In this document: positions 63,130-64,000 of the stretch, piece by piece
How the letters are laid out: every line of letters starts with the position of its first letter
Position numbering within the stretch: the first letter of the stretch is position 1
Origin: Takakia lepidozioides
Taxonomy: Eukaryota; Plantae; Bryophyta
DNA: 64,000 nucleotides
Direction of reading: 5' to 3'
Assembly: GCA_030704615.1 (NCBI GenBank)
Contig: CM060731.1
Coordinates: 75,640,001-75,704,000 of the forward strand
Notes under the pieces: generated by a model
The model's database searches: none
What the model saw: only the letters and a program-made list of their open reading frames with translations
Told to the model about the DNA's origin: nothing
Position numbers and translations under genes: made by a program

Positions 63130-64000
63130 GTTGGTGGGGCAGTGTTATATCCCATGGGCTTTATCCTGGACTTTGGGAGGAGTCACCATCCTACAGGCCT
63201 GGATGGCAGTCGGGGATGGTGTCGTGCACAGCTCTCTGTGACATTCATTGGGGGTCGGCTGCCCAGCGGGGCAGATGCCAACACTAGCCGCCTTTACAGC
63301 TGCAGTTAGTTGGCCTGGAGAGTTGCTGGAGGTATGCCCATGCAGAGGATGTGCCACCTCCAGCAGAGCATGACATGCATGGTACGCGGAGTTGCCTGCC
63401 ATGGTTGCTCACACTCCATTATGGGTACGAGCAAGGTTTGCAGCTGCTGATGGACGGGTACAACAAGCCTGGGTAGAGCCTTCGTACCGTCAAGAGAAGA
63501 GGAGAGTGCGGTAATTGCACCAGGACCCCTCAATTGTCGCCATTGGACCACACCTCTTGTGTGGCAGTGCCCGGATGAAGGCATGCCTTCTGGACTTGTT
63601 TGGCGGATCAGCACTGGATTGGCTGCAGTACTGCAGCAGTGTACGAGTTCGACATTACCTGTATGTGGAGAGGATGACTGCACGACGCGTCTCACTGCCC
63701 ATGTTGCTCAGTTGGTACAGCAGTGATTTGTTGCAGTGTCTGCAGTTCGTGGATACCAACAAGCCTTGCCACAGACATTTCGTTGCTGGGGCGCAGGATT
63801 TGGAGCGGGTTGGCTCCATTGATCTGGTAGTGGCAGGTTGGCCCTGCCAAGGGCATTCATCAGCGGGCATGGCAATGGATTGCGAGACTCGAGGACGGGT
63901 CTGTTTTGGGAGATGGTGCGGTTTTGCGCCACTTGCAGCTTCATCAAGCTGTATCTCCACATACATCTTGGAGAATGTGCCACTGATGGGTGATTCTCGG
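63130..64000 (+). mobile_element. Continuation of the second DNMT Gypsy copy with MTase motifs I-VI
   Basis: LLDLFGG ~63590, GSIDLVVAGWPCQG ~63812-63853, YILENV ~63962; many 1-bp indels. Confidence 0.9.

Overview
Eukaryotic, repeat-dominated window, most likely from a seed-free land plant (TTTAGGG telomere motif, plant-type primase and cytochrome c1 remnants, spliceosomal introns). It is a nest of mostly decayed transposons, and no intact host gene is evident. Three systems stand out. (1) A multi-copy Ty3/Gypsy family has a DNMT3-like cytosine methyltransferase between protease and RT, a PHD finger at the integrase C-terminus and an odd A-B-A terminal repeat. (2) An 11.9-kb Mutator-like element (3866-15735, 9-bp TSD) encodes a GCM-like/MULE/SWIM transposase, a ~30-unit array of a 22-bp palindrome at near-exact 53-bp spacing, a divergent ParB-like ORF and two paralogues of an unknown protein. 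(3) Apparently endonuclease-less Penelope-like elements carry minimal hammerhead ribozymes in their pLTRs and are chained through CCCTAAA repeats. Also present: a hAT fragment with a hairpin array, a non-autonomous CACTA, a chromovirus nested in a DNMT-Gypsy copy, a CRE-like non-LTR fragment, Crinkler-like NTPase/nuclease pseudogenes, and PRIM1, CYC1 and receptor-kinase remnants. Domain calls are by eye from motifs, not database searches. Many frameshifts sit in homopolymers and may be assembly errors.
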